Shown in pieces: positions 27,872 to 36,677 of a stretch of 64,000 bases of DNA; positions within the stretch are counted from its first letter, which is position 1; every line of letters starts with the position of its first letter. This stretch comes from Candidatus Micrarchaeota archaeon (GTDB lineage Archaea; Micrarchaeota; Micrarchaeia; CABMEP01), in the NCBI GenBank assembly GCA_964358895.1, contig CAYHPR010000004.1:2752-66751 (forward strand), written 5' to 3'. Below the pieces are notes generated by a model that did not search any database, had not been told where the DNA came from, and was given only the letters and a program-made list of their open reading frames with translations. The position numbers and the translations under genes were made by a program.

Positions 27872-29074
27872 ATGGTTAGCGAAGGAAAAAAGAGACGGGA
27901 ACTAGCGAAGCTCTTAAGCAAACTGAAAGGATTCAGGGGTAGTGGAACTGAATTAATAACCGTGTATATACCAACAGGATATCCTTTAGCTGAAATTTCG
28001 AATAAATTGAGAAATGAATACGGACAAGCTGCCAACATCAAATCTAAATCGACAAAGAATAATGTTCAAGCCGCGCTCGACAAGATTATTCAATACCTGA
28101 AGATTTTCAAACAGACCCCAGATAATGGATTAGCTATTTTCTGCGGAAACATATCGAAGGACCCTGGAAGACCTAACATAGAACTATTTGCACTCTCCCC
28201 CCACCAACCTCTGCAGATTCAGATGTACAGATGCGACTCAGAATTTCAAATGGAACCGCTTCTGATGATGGGAAAGGTAAGAGAGAAGTACGGGTTAGTA
28301 ACAATTGATGGAAAAGATGCAACTGTTGCAATACTTGAAGGAAATGTAACAAAGATTGTGAGGAGACTTACCACCACAGGACCTAGCAAGACTACAAAAG
28401 GGGGGAGTTCGGCAGCTCGATACCAGCGTTATGTTGAAGAGCTTATTGAAAATTATTACACTCGAGTAGGGGAAGCAATGGATGAGACATTGATGACTAT
28501 CGGAATCAAAAAAGTTTTTGTTGGAGGACCTGGACCAGTTAAAGACAACTTTCTCAAAAAGAAGCCATTCAACTATCAATTTCAGATACTTGGCGTTTTT
28601 GATATTGGATACGTTGATGATTATGGAATCAGTGAACTAGCAAGAAAAACAAATGATGTAATTGCTGAAGCAAAGGCTATGAGAGAGAAGAAATTGATTG
28701 GAGAGTTTATGAAAGAAATCGCTAAAGAAGGATTAGCAGTTTATGGGCCAAAAGAAACGATGGAAGCACTTGAAAAAGGAAGGATTGGAACGCTGCTCAT
28801 GTCTGAAAAATTTATATCGAAACTTTTGAGAATTAGATGTGAAAAAGGAGATGAAGAAGACATTATTATTGAAAGAGAAGAGGAGAAAGAAGAAATAAAA
28901 TGCAGTAAAGGCCACGAAGTAGAGTTTATTGGAGAAACCGACCTTTTTGACCAGCTCTATGATAAAGCAGAAGCAAAAGGGATTGATGTTGAAACTATTG
29001 CTTCTGACACAATGGAAGGACAGCAATTCCTGGCAGGATTCAAAGGAATCGGTGCTATTCTAAAATATAAATAA
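27872..29074 (+). CDS. prf1: Peptide chain release factor aRF1 homolog (GGQ motif reads GGS)
   Basis: NIKS motif (QAANIKSKST) and YxCxxxF (YRCDSEF) are present. Domain 2 reads TKGGSSAARYQRY where canonical aRF1 has GGQSALRFxRL. C-terminal domain with GFKGIGAILKY. Confidence 0.75.
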   Translation: MVSEGKKRRELAKLLSKLKGFRGSGTELITVYIPTGYPLAEISNKLRNEYGQAANIKSKSTKNNVQAALDKIIQYLKIFKQTPDNGLAIFCGNISKDPGRPNIELFALSPHQPLQIQMYRCDSEFQMEPLLMMGKVREKYGLVTIDGKDATVAILEGNVTKIVRRLTTTGPSKTTKGGSSAARYQRYVEELIENYYTRVGEAMDETLMTIGIKKVFVGGPGPVKDNFLKKKPFNYQFQILGVFDIGYVDDYGISELARKTNDVIAEAKAMREKKLIGEFMKEIAKEGLAVYGPKETMEALEKGRIGTLLMSEKFISKLLRIRCEKGDEEDIIIEREEEKEEIKCSKGHEVEFIGETDLFDQLYDKAEAKGIDVETIASDTMEGQQFLAGFKGIGAILKYK

Positions 29075-29109
29075 AACCAACAGATCTACTTATGCGCCAG
29101 TTAGATTCG

Positions 29110-30198
29110 TTAGATTATTTTAGCGCTAATTATCGTCACATTCTGTAACGGCCTGTCGTCGGAATCTGTTTGCACCTTTCCTATCTTATCGACAACATCC
29201 ATCCCCTCGATAACTTTGCCGAAAACAGGATGCTTGCTGTCAAGGAAATTATTATTTACCAAATTGATAAAGAACTGGCTGCCTCCGGTGTTTGGACCTG
29301 CATTTGCCATTGCAATCGTTCCTCTGTCATTTTTATTGTTAGCAGTGAATTCGTCTTTTATTGTATAACTTGGGCCACCTGCCCCAGTTCCTGTCGGGTC
29401 TCCACCTTGAATCATGAAGCCGGACATTACACGATGGAATATTACTCCGTCGTAAAAGCCTTGGCCGACTAGTTTTGCAAAGTTTCCTGCAGTTATTGGC
29501 ATATCTGATCTAAGCTCTAGAGTTATGTTACCCATATTTGTTTCAAGTAGCACTTTTGTGCTGCTACCTGTTCCCGTGGTTGTTGCATTCTTCGACATAT
29601 TTTCACCTACCTGACTAGTTTGATTAACTGCTTGAATAATTGTTTGGTTATCTGATACTGTACCAGTTTCTGCGCCGGTTGACTGCGATACTTCGAATTT
29701 ACATTCCTGTTCAAATGTTTCATCAACAAACAGATATGCGACATGATCCGTGAAAATTGAATAGGATGCGCCGTATTTAATATCGAAATAAGTCCTGTTT
29801 GCATTCTCATCTACACACTCTTTCGGCGTCTTTGTTATCGTATTATTCTGTAGGATTGGATTGCTATACGTGCACTCGCTATCGCTGACTACATAAATGT
29901 GAAGATTACTTATATTTTTTCCAAGCTTACCCCAACTGCCTGCCAAACCAGCACCACAAGCGTATAGATATCTAGCCTGATCCGCAGCTGCGCTGCTTAC
30001 ATTCATTACTATTCCTAACTCATTTGAAGCCTGCAGCGTTTCCGAAAACTTTTGAAGCGAAGCACCTGAAGGAGATTGGTTCTTATCTGCTGAAGGAATC
30101 TTTGAGCCTTGTGTGAAGTAAAAAGCAAGGATGAAAATGACAAATAGCCCCACTATTATGTACATTGGTATTTCCTTAGATTGTTTGTTTTCTTGCAT
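29110..30198 (-). CDS. Membrane-anchored cyclophilin-type peptidyl-prolyl cis-trans isomerase
   Basis: N-terminal TM (IIVGLFVIFILAFYF), a linker region, then a cyclophilin domain (FHRVMSGFMIQGGDPTGTGAGG...GTIAMANAGPNTGGSQFFI). Confidence 0.75.
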   Translation of the reverse strand: MQENKQSKEIPMYIIVGLFVIFILAFYFTQGSKIPSADKNQSPSGASLQKFSETLQASNELGIVMNVSSAAADQARYLYACGAGLAGSWGKLGKNISNLHIYVVSDSECTYSNPILQNNTITKTPKECVDENANRTYFDIKYGASYSIFTDHVAYLFVDETFEQECKFEVSQSTGAETGTVSDNQTIIQAVNQTSQVGENMSKNATTTGTGSSTKVLLETNMGNITLELRSDMPITAGNFAKLVGQGFYDGVIFHRVMSGFMIQGGDPTGTGAGGPSYTIKDEFTANNKNDRGTIAMANAGPNTGGSQFFINLVNNNFLDSKHPVFGKVIEGMDVVDKIGKVQTDSDDRPLQNVTIISAKII

Positions 30199-30346
30199 CT
30201 GAAACGCCTCGTATAAACATATATGTTATTGAATATTAATTGAGTATCTAGCAGGGTATCGTAGATTACTTTATGCTATAACGATTACGCTGCACAGTTT
30301 TATAAAAGTTATTCAAAGAGGGGAGATAGAAAGGTCACACATGTAT

Positions 30347-32446
30347 TTATTCGATAAGCTTTGAGAACAAACACTCATTGAAGTATGCTTCATCTCCTTC
30401 AACAACTGCTTCTACTTTATAGAATGTGTAAAATGAACTAGCATTCTTTGATCCATATTTCAACCTTATTAGAGGTGTACGGCCTACGTCATTAAGGCAT
30501 TCTGAAACTATCTTCTCGTTGCATACTCCATCAATAACATCAATCTTTGTAACTGTCTTACCTAACGCAGTTAATGCCTGTTCAATCTTTGACCCGCACC
30601 CAGCCATCGCAGCAGCATTGGAAGTGGAGGATCGCTCTAAGAATAACACAGTTGCATTGTCCTTCTTTGCCTGGTTTAGATAATTGAATAAACTTGTCTG
30701 GCCCGTTTCCTTGCTCACTAAGGAGTTAAGACCGAGAGATAGGCCGATAAGAAGAATGAAAACGAATGCAAATATTATTGTCCAAGTCTTCATCACATTT
30801 GACTGCATAAATTTCTCGGTATTTCTCCATACTATGAAGAAGAATCCGATAGCGAATGATGCAAGCACAAGTATATCGACAACTGCGATTACTAGAAGAG
30901 GAATGTTTGCAATCCATGCCCTCTTTTCACTTTCCTTTACACCGAATGGTGCAGATATAACGTCAAGAACTGCTAGCGAGATGCCACGTGCAGTGCTTGT
31001 GAGCAAGTTATCAGCTGCAGCAGCTTCAAGAGTTCGTTTCTTTTCTACTATTGAAGAAGTATCGGACGTGATAGTGTTGTAATTTGAAGCAAGTGTGTCT
31101 ATCTCGTTATAGCTAATCTTCGCAGTTACACGTATTTCAAGTGAAGCAAATTTATCCCTCTGCGTCTTAAGATCAGATGAAAGAACTGCGTCTGAAGATT
31201 CAATAAGAAGTGACGCTCTGGCTAGCATGACAGACGCATTTAATCTTGCATCTACAACTGGTCCAAGTGTCACAAAGGATGCATTAAGATAAGCATCAAA
31301 TTCCGTAAGCTTCGAATCAATTGAAGAAACTGTCAGACCTGCTTGGTCATAAAGTTTTGCGTCGACGTTAGAATAGTATTGAGCACTGAGTTCAGTTATT
31401 GCATTAACATAAACAGTAATGTTTTCATCACTAACTAATGCAGTTATCGAAGCGGATCTTGTAGTGAGGTTATTGAATTTGGAAGTGAGAACTTCGAATT
31501 GTTCCTGCACAGATCCTTTCTGCTTCGTTCCCGTGTAAAGTTCAATTCTCGCCAGAGTGGAATTAATAATTTCTTTAGCCTTGCTGGATGTAGTGTCAAA
31601 ACATGCTGCCTTTGTCTTGATCGTCGATGCTTTTGAAGCGGCACTAGTAAGCGCAGAGTTATTTAGAGCAAGAGTAAATCCGACAGGTAAACAGAATTCA
31701 AACCCTCCAGAGTTACTTCTTATGTATAATTTGAGAGCTGAATAATTACCTGACAAATTCTGCAGAATTGTTACACTATTTGAGATATCTTGTGCTTTTT
31801 GTGAAACATTAAATGTGAGCTGTCCCGAGGAGGAAATACCTTTAAGTGTAGCTGTTGCTGAAAGGACAGCCGTAACGTTTGCATCAATACCTCGTTTAAC
31901 ATTCGCATACTTGAGCAATTCTGGTAAGAAGAGTGCGCTTCCCTGCGCGTATTGGAAGCAGGCATACGATCCCTGATTACATGCTATCTGGCAACTTTGA
32001 AGAGAAGTACAGTTTCCTTCGTCACCAACAGCCTGCCCAGTTATAGTATCACAATACCCTTCAAGAGTTCCGAAGGAAGTGCCAGTATACCTGCTGTTAT
32101 TAAATGCTAAAACTAAACCGCTAATATCACTAAGTTCAGTGGCAGAAGGGTAAGACGTTTCGAAGCAGTTGCCTTTGATCGCTAATTCAATCTCTGCTTC
32201 ATTTTTTACAAAATTGTCTGCTTTAAGAACAAATGTTTCTTTACCCCCTACAGTAACAATCTTGTAAAGGGTTCCATTAACTGTCGTATTTTTCTGCTGT
32301 ACAGAGGCTGTCGATTCAGTAGGATATAAGTAATCAGTAACGTTAACTGCTGCAAAAACAGTGGTTAAAAGAAGTGAAAGTACGAGGATAAATGTAGAGA
32401 GCCTTGCTGCTCTCTTTCTGTTTTCTACTGAAATAGAACTGTTCAT
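30347..32446 (-). CDS. Large surface protein: signal peptide, sequon-rich ectodomain, 2 C-terminal TM helices, Cys-containing cytoplasmic tail
   Basis: Signal (LSTFILVLSLLLTTVFAAVNV). Many NxS/T sequons. TM segments IPLLVIAVVDILVLASFAIGFFFIVW and TWTIIFAFVFILLIGLSLGL. 699 aa. Confidence 0.5.
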   Translation of the reverse strand: MNSSISVENRKRAARLSTFILVLSLLLTTVFAAVNVTDYLYPTESTASVQQKNTTVNGTLYKIVTVGGKETFVLKADNFVKNEAEIELAIKGNCFETSYPSATELSDISGLVLAFNNSRYTGTSFGTLEGYCDTITGQAVGDEGNCTSLQSCQIACNQGSYACFQYAQGSALFLPELLKYANVKRGIDANVTAVLSATATLKGISSSGQLTFNVSQKAQDISNSVTILQNLSGNYSALKLYIRSNSGGFEFCLPVGFTLALNNSALTSAASKASTIKTKAACFDTTSSKAKEIINSTLARIELYTGTKQKGSVQEQFEVLTSKFNNLTTRSASITALVSDENITVYVNAITELSAQYYSNVDAKLYDQAGLTVSSIDSKLTEFDAYLNASFVTLGPVVDARLNASVMLARASLLIESSDAVLSSDLKTQRDKFASLEIRVTAKISYNEIDTLASNYNTITSDTSSIVEKKRTLEAAAADNLLTSTARGISLAVLDVISAPFGVKESEKRAWIANIPLLVIAVVDILVLASFAIGFFFIVWRNTEKFMQSNVMKTWTIIFAFVFILLIGLSLGLNSLVSKETGQTSLFNYLNQAKKDNATVLFLERSSTSNAAAMAGCGSKIEQALTALGKTVTKIDVIDGVCNEKIVSECLNDVGRTPLIRLKYGSKNASSFYTFYKVEAVVEGDEAYFNECLFSKLIE

Positions 32447-32564
32447 TCAGATATTATGAACTAAATGTTTAAAAACGTTAACAACCGCACGAACGCGCGC
32501 GTACGTGCTAAAAATATTAGCGAAATAAAAAATCTGAAGCAACAGCTGAAGCTGGAAGATTGTA

Positions 32565-32627
32565 AAAAAAATAAAAAAAGAAAAAAAAGAAAAAAAGACC
32601 CCTATTCGGGGTTCGTTGGTGCTACAA
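32565..32627 (-). terminator. Hairpin plus oligo-T terminator downstream of the S-layer-like gene
   Basis: The minus strand reads CGAACCCCGAATAGGGGTC followed by T7CT8CT7ATTTTTTTT (plus-strand A/G-rich tract 32560-32600). Confidence 0.5.
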
Positions 32628-32628
32628 C

Positions 32629-35499
32629 TTAGGCCTTAGCAAGCAACTCAGAGATGAACTGCGATGCTGCTGCAGTCGTGTCGTCTGCAGTGTAACCTGC
32701 GACTACGATTCTCTGATCTGTTACTGCCTTGACAACTTTCACACCTGGTCTGTCGATCTTGACATCAGTGCCGCTGATTGTTCTTGCGGTTACTGTGTTG
32801 ATTAACTGACCTCCGACTAGAATCAACGATTCTGCGGATGGTGCTTCAGAGTCAAGTACAACAAGGCGTTCTGTTGCGCTCATCTTGTATGGTACTGAGA
32901 AGGAACCAGAAGCTGCTCCCGTATCGAGAACTGCTTTCATTGTGCCCTTGTCAGCTGTACAAGAGGAGTTGCCTCCGCTTACTGTACAGGCTCCAACTGT
33001 TTCACTGACTGATTTGAGTTTCACAGTGCTATCTTGAATAGCTACTTGTCCACCCTCAGCCAATGTTACTGTTGATACTCCTGCTGCAGTTACGTTTGCA
33101 CCTGATGTTGCAAGCTGGTACTGGAACTCACCGAGTTTCTTTGCCATCTTCAAGGTTATAGAGTTGCTAGACCTTGAGGAGATGACTGAACCTCTCTGTG
33201 TAGTGTATCCTGCTTCAAATTCAGAAGCGGATGTCGTACCGGTTGCAGTCAAGTAGGTTGCATCAATCTTCGATTCACTGCCAGAGCTCGACTTGAATGT
33301 CGTTGCTGTTGAATTGGCTGTGAAAGAGACGTTTGTTGCCGTACCTGTCAATGCACTTTGCGTTGAGGATCCACCCTTGTTGACGTACTCTGTAACTCCC
33401 AGTGTCTCTGTAGTACCAACCTGTTTGAATGTCAGGTTTCCGTTCTCTGCAGAGTTGTCCTGGACGTTGTATGTCAATGTAGCATTTTCCAAATCAAATG
33501 GGAATGCCACTGATGTCGGGAAGAAACTTGTGTTCACAATGAACAATGCGGTTGCGTTGAACAATGCGTACGCGCCCAAACCGATGCTTGGACAACTTGA
33601 GTTAGATGCAGATACAGACCAAAGATTCGTGGTGTTTAACACGACATTTGAATCTGCTTGCAGCCTGAACGTGTAGTTCGCTCCAGCTATGTCAGTCCAA
33701 TTCTGAGTTAGGGTTATGTTACAGTTTATCGTACCCGTGTTATTGCTTCCGAATGTTCCTCCTCCACCATTACCGAAGGTATTGTTGGTATTGAGTGCAT
33801 TCATCCATGCAGTTCCGTTCCAGAGACCGATAGATGATCCATTCCAGACACCGGATGCATCGTCACGTACCAACGTGGTTGTTGTTGTTGGGACGTATCT
33901 GATGTAACCTTTGTCAGGCTTCTCGTACAACAGCGGTGTTGCATTTCCAAGACCAAAACAGACTTTTGATCTGTCATCGCTTGAAGCTGGTGCTGTTGCG
34001 AAAGCGAATGCCTTCTTAGCAGACGTAGCACAAACGTAGTATCTGATTAATGGATCAGATGATACTGCATTTGTATCTCCTTCCAACGTGTAGTAGGCCG
34101 GATTCTGAATGAAAGCAAAAGAGAGTGTATCTCTGCTTGCATCACTCAATGTCGTTCCACTCAACGTTAGTTTGAACAATGCTGGCGAACCAATAAGGTT
34201 GATGCTCTCGCCCTCAGCAAGAGTTGGTAATGAAGACCCAGTCAATGTGATGTTTCTCAACGTCAAATTGTTGATTCCACCACTTGATGTACCCCATGCC
34301 AAAGCCACTGTCCAGTTCTTGTTCAGATCACTGTCAACAACTCTACCGTTTGTAAGAGTTAACTCTTGCGATAGAACGGACATTTCTGCCCACTTTGCTG
34401 CAGTCAATCCTGGTGCAGTCTTGTAGACACGAATTGTAATCTTGTCACCGTTTGGCAAAATAAGTTCTTTTGCCGCAGATGTAGTTACAGTGTCTTCCTT
34501 AACTAGTACACCATTCTTGTCGTAGACCTGAATGATTGCCTGTGAATCTGCACCGCCTCCTAGTGGAACGGTTAAATCTTGAAGCTTAACTGAATAAGCT
34601 CCTGCAGACACATTCTGACCAGCGTAAACGATCTGAGCTGGTGTTGATTCCTTAGCAAGCTTAATTGAGCTTGGTGAATCAAGTGGCTTCATTTCGCTGA
34701 CGATCCAATCGTCACCGAGGTACTTAACTTTCAATCTTTGTCTTGACATCAAGTAAGTTTCGGCTGCTGTACAATTTCCTTCCAATACTGAAGTCGTTGC
34801 ATAAACAGTTGTTCCAGAATAAACTGAACTCAACGTACATGCTGGAACTCCACTGAAGGTGTCGTGCTCGAACTTGATGACATAACTCAACGACTGTGGG
34901 ATTACCTTGTACTTCTTCACATCAGTGAAGAAAGTTGGGGCGGATCCAGTCTCCATATATGCTTCTTGCTTCGTTGTGAACGAACCAGAAACTGTAGAGA
35001 CTGTAGTCTTTGAATCTGCGAAGCTCACGAAGTTATCTCCAGTGATCTTCTTTGGATTTAGTGCAGCTTCAGCCTGTTGGTTATCTTCGGTAGATGCGTT
35101 ATCATCGATAAATCCATACATATAAGTCCTAAACCCATATGCTCCTGCAACAACACTTGTACCAGGTGATGTTATTTCCAATGTAGCTTTCTTGTCTGTA
35201 ACAGAACATGATCCTGCTCCTGCTCCAGCAACACTACAAGTTGGTGAACCTGTTAGTTGTGCGGTTACTGTCTGACTCTTGTAAGCCAAACTTCCTATAA
35301 CAGCGGCTATGTTAGCGGCTGCAACTCCATCGGATGCCTTCGCGCTTGCTCCAACAACAACTTTTACGACGGGCTTACCTTGTGCGTTAACGATCTCGGT
35401 GTTCCCATACATAATTGGCGCTGCTGCCAAGAGTGATGCTCCTAATAGTGCTGCTCCTACTGTAACAGCTGCTATTTTATTTGCGTCTATACTTTTCAC
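32629..35499 (-). CDS. S-layer-like large surface glycoprotein (956 aa)
   Basis: GTG start with a strong SD (GAGGTGATATC-GTG). Signal peptide (AAVTVGAALLGASLLAAAPI). Thr/Ser/Gly/Asn-rich with dozens of NxS/T sequons. Local GC is noticeably higher than the surroundings. Confidence 0.55.
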   Translation of the reverse strand: MKSIDANKIAAVTVGAALLGASLLAAAPIMYGNTEIVNAQGKPVVKVVVGASAKASDGVAAANIAAVIGSLAYKSQTVTAQLTGSPTCSVAGAGAGSCSVTDKKATLEITSPGTSVVAGAYGFRTYMYGFIDDNASTEDNQQAEAALNPKKITGDNFVSFADSKTTVSTVSGSFTTKQEAYMETGSAPTFFTDVKKYKVIPQSLSYVIKFEHDTFSGVPACTLSSVYSGTTVYATTSVLEGNCTAAETYLMSRQRLKVKYLGDDWIVSEMKPLDSPSSIKLAKESTPAQIVYAGQNVSAGAYSVKLQDLTVPLGGGADSQAIIQVYDKNGVLVKEDTVTTSAAKELILPNGDKITIRVYKTAPGLTAAKWAEMSVLSQELTLTNGRVVDSDLNKNWTVALAWGTSSGGINNLTLRNITLTGSSLPTLAEGESINLIGSPALFKLTLSGTTLSDASRDTLSFAFIQNPAYYTLEGDTNAVSSDPLIRYYVCATSAKKAFAFATAPASSDDRSKVCFGLGNATPLLYEKPDKGYIRYVPTTTTTLVRDDASGVWNGSSIGLWNGTAWMNALNTNNTFGNGGGGTFGSNNTGTINCNITLTQNWTDIAGANYTFRLQADSNVVLNTTNLWSVSASNSSCPSIGLGAYALFNATALFIVNTSFFPTSVAFPFDLENATLTYNVQDNSAENGNLTFKQVGTTETLGVTEYVNKGGSSTQSALTGTATNVSFTANSTATTFKSSSGSESKIDATYLTATGTTSASEFEAGYTTQRGSVISSRSSNSITLKMAKKLGEFQYQLATSGANVTAAGVSTVTLAEGGQVAIQDSTVKLKSVSETVGACTVSGGNSSCTADKGTMKAVLDTGAASGSFSVPYKMSATERLVVLDSEAPSAESLILVGGQLINTVTARTISGTDVKIDRPGVKVVKAVTDQRIVVAGYTADDTTAAASQFISELLAKA

Positions 35500-35640
35500 G
35501 ATATCACCTCAATGTATCGTATGTGCATTACATTTGCAATACTTTCTTTTTTCAAATCTTATACTGTCCTTCTGCCCTCAAATCTAACTGGGCTGTAGCA
35601 ACAGTTCAAAAGTAAGGTATTTAAACATTGTTGAATGATT

Positions 35641-35668
35641 TAAACTGCAGTTTATAAACTGCAGTTTA
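35641..35668. promoter_or_regulatory. Two tandem copies of the 14-bp palindrome TAAACTGCAGTTTA (putative operator) in the divergent S-layer/GT2 intergenic region
   Basis: Sequence TAAACTGCAGTTTATAAACTGCAGTTTA. Lies about 140 nt upstream of the S-layer GTG and 235 nt upstream of the GT2 gene. A further palindrome CGAACGCGTTCG sits at 35730-35741. Confidence 0.35.
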
Positions 35669-35903
35669 GAGGAAGTAATTTGTCGTACCTTCATATCGGC
35701 AAACAACGTTTTCAACTTTCTCACTTCTCCGAACGCGTTCGAAAAATTTAATTATTAATGAAAATATTTTCCGTCCTTGAACTCAATTAACTCTGTTATT
35801 AGTTATGACCCTCAAAAATATAAATAGTGATTATGAGAATTATGTAAGTAAGAGACTTATGTAAATAAAATATACAGGATATGGATATACTGGAAGGATA
35901 TTT

Positions 35904-36650
35904 ATGAAAAAAACAACAGGAAAAAAACCGACGATGTCAATTATTGTCCCAGCACTCAACGAAGAAAAGAATATTGAAGCTGCAATAAAAAAAGCTATTC
36001 GATTAGCTAAGCCTCGGTTTAGTGCGTATGAAGTAATTGCAATAAATGATGGAAGCAGGGATAAGACTGGTGAAATAATAGAAAAGATAGCAAAAGAAAA
36101 CAAGAATGTTGTTGCTGTTCATCATGACAAACCCTGGGGATTGGGAGGCACATATAGGGACGGATTGAGCAAAGCTAAGTATGAATATTTTTCACTGCTG
36201 GCAGGTGACAATGAGGAACTGGAGGATTCACAGGCAGTCCTTTATGATCACGTCGGAGAGGCGGATTTGATTGTTTCTTACACCGTAAATCAGAGTGTAA
36301 GGGCAACAGATAGGCAGATGGTGTCTGGCATATTTACTATAATAATGAATATACTATATGGACTTAACTTACGTTACTACACAGGTGCAAACATAATCAA
36401 GACCGAACTGATAAGGAAGACACCGATGCATACTGACGGGCATTTCTATATGCCTTCTTTAATTGTACGACTTGTTAAGCAAGGATACTCTTACAAACAC
36501 GTACCTAACCGAATAAGAAAAAGTGAAGGTTCGAATTTATACAAATTAAAGAATGTGATAAGTATCGTAAAGGAATTCATTCGACTTTTTATCGAAGTAA
36601 ATATTGCCAACAGATCAAAGTATAATAAAAAGCTAGTTATGTTAAGCTAA
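35904..36650 (+). CDS. Family 2 glycosyltransferase (Dpm1-like dolichyl-phosphate glycosyltransferase)
   Basis: MSIIVPALNEEKNIEAAIKK...EVIAINDGSRDKTGEII...LLAGDNE. The DxD-like and GT-A fold motifs are typical of GT2. Confidence 0.75.
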   Translation: MKKTTGKKPTMSIIVPALNEEKNIEAAIKKAIRLAKPRFSAYEVIAINDGSRDKTGEIIEKIAKENKNVVAVHHDKPWGLGGTYRDGLSKAKYEYFSLLAGDNEELEDSQAVLYDHVGEADLIVSYTVNQSVRATDRQMVSGIFTIIMNILYGLNLRYYTGANIIKTELIRKTPMHTDGHFYMPSLIVRLVKQGYSYKHVPNRIRKSEGSNLYKLKNVISIVKEFIRLFIEVNIANRSKYNKKLVMLS

Positions 36651-36677
36651 CAGAAAGCGTGTGTACAATTAAAATAA

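Noticed and set aside
27872-29074. Reassigning the aRF1-like gene as Pelota/Dom34 because GGQ is absent
   Set aside because: NIKS and YxCxxxF decoding motifs and the aRF1-type C-terminal domain are present. Pelota lacks these, so the aRF1 call is kept and the GGS anomaly reported as a finding.
32560-32605. Long A/G homopolymeric tract (aaaaaaataaaaaaagaaaaaaaagaaaaaaag) as a possible satellite or insertion scar
   Set aside because: Read on the minus strand it is an oligo-T run immediately 3' of a GC hairpin, directly after the stop of the S-layer-like gene. This is best explained as an archaeal transcription terminator.
32605-32640. Second tRNA suggested by GGGGTTCGTTGGTG (T-arm-like)
   Set aside because: No acceptor/D/anticodon arms can be folded around it. 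It is part of the terminator hairpin.
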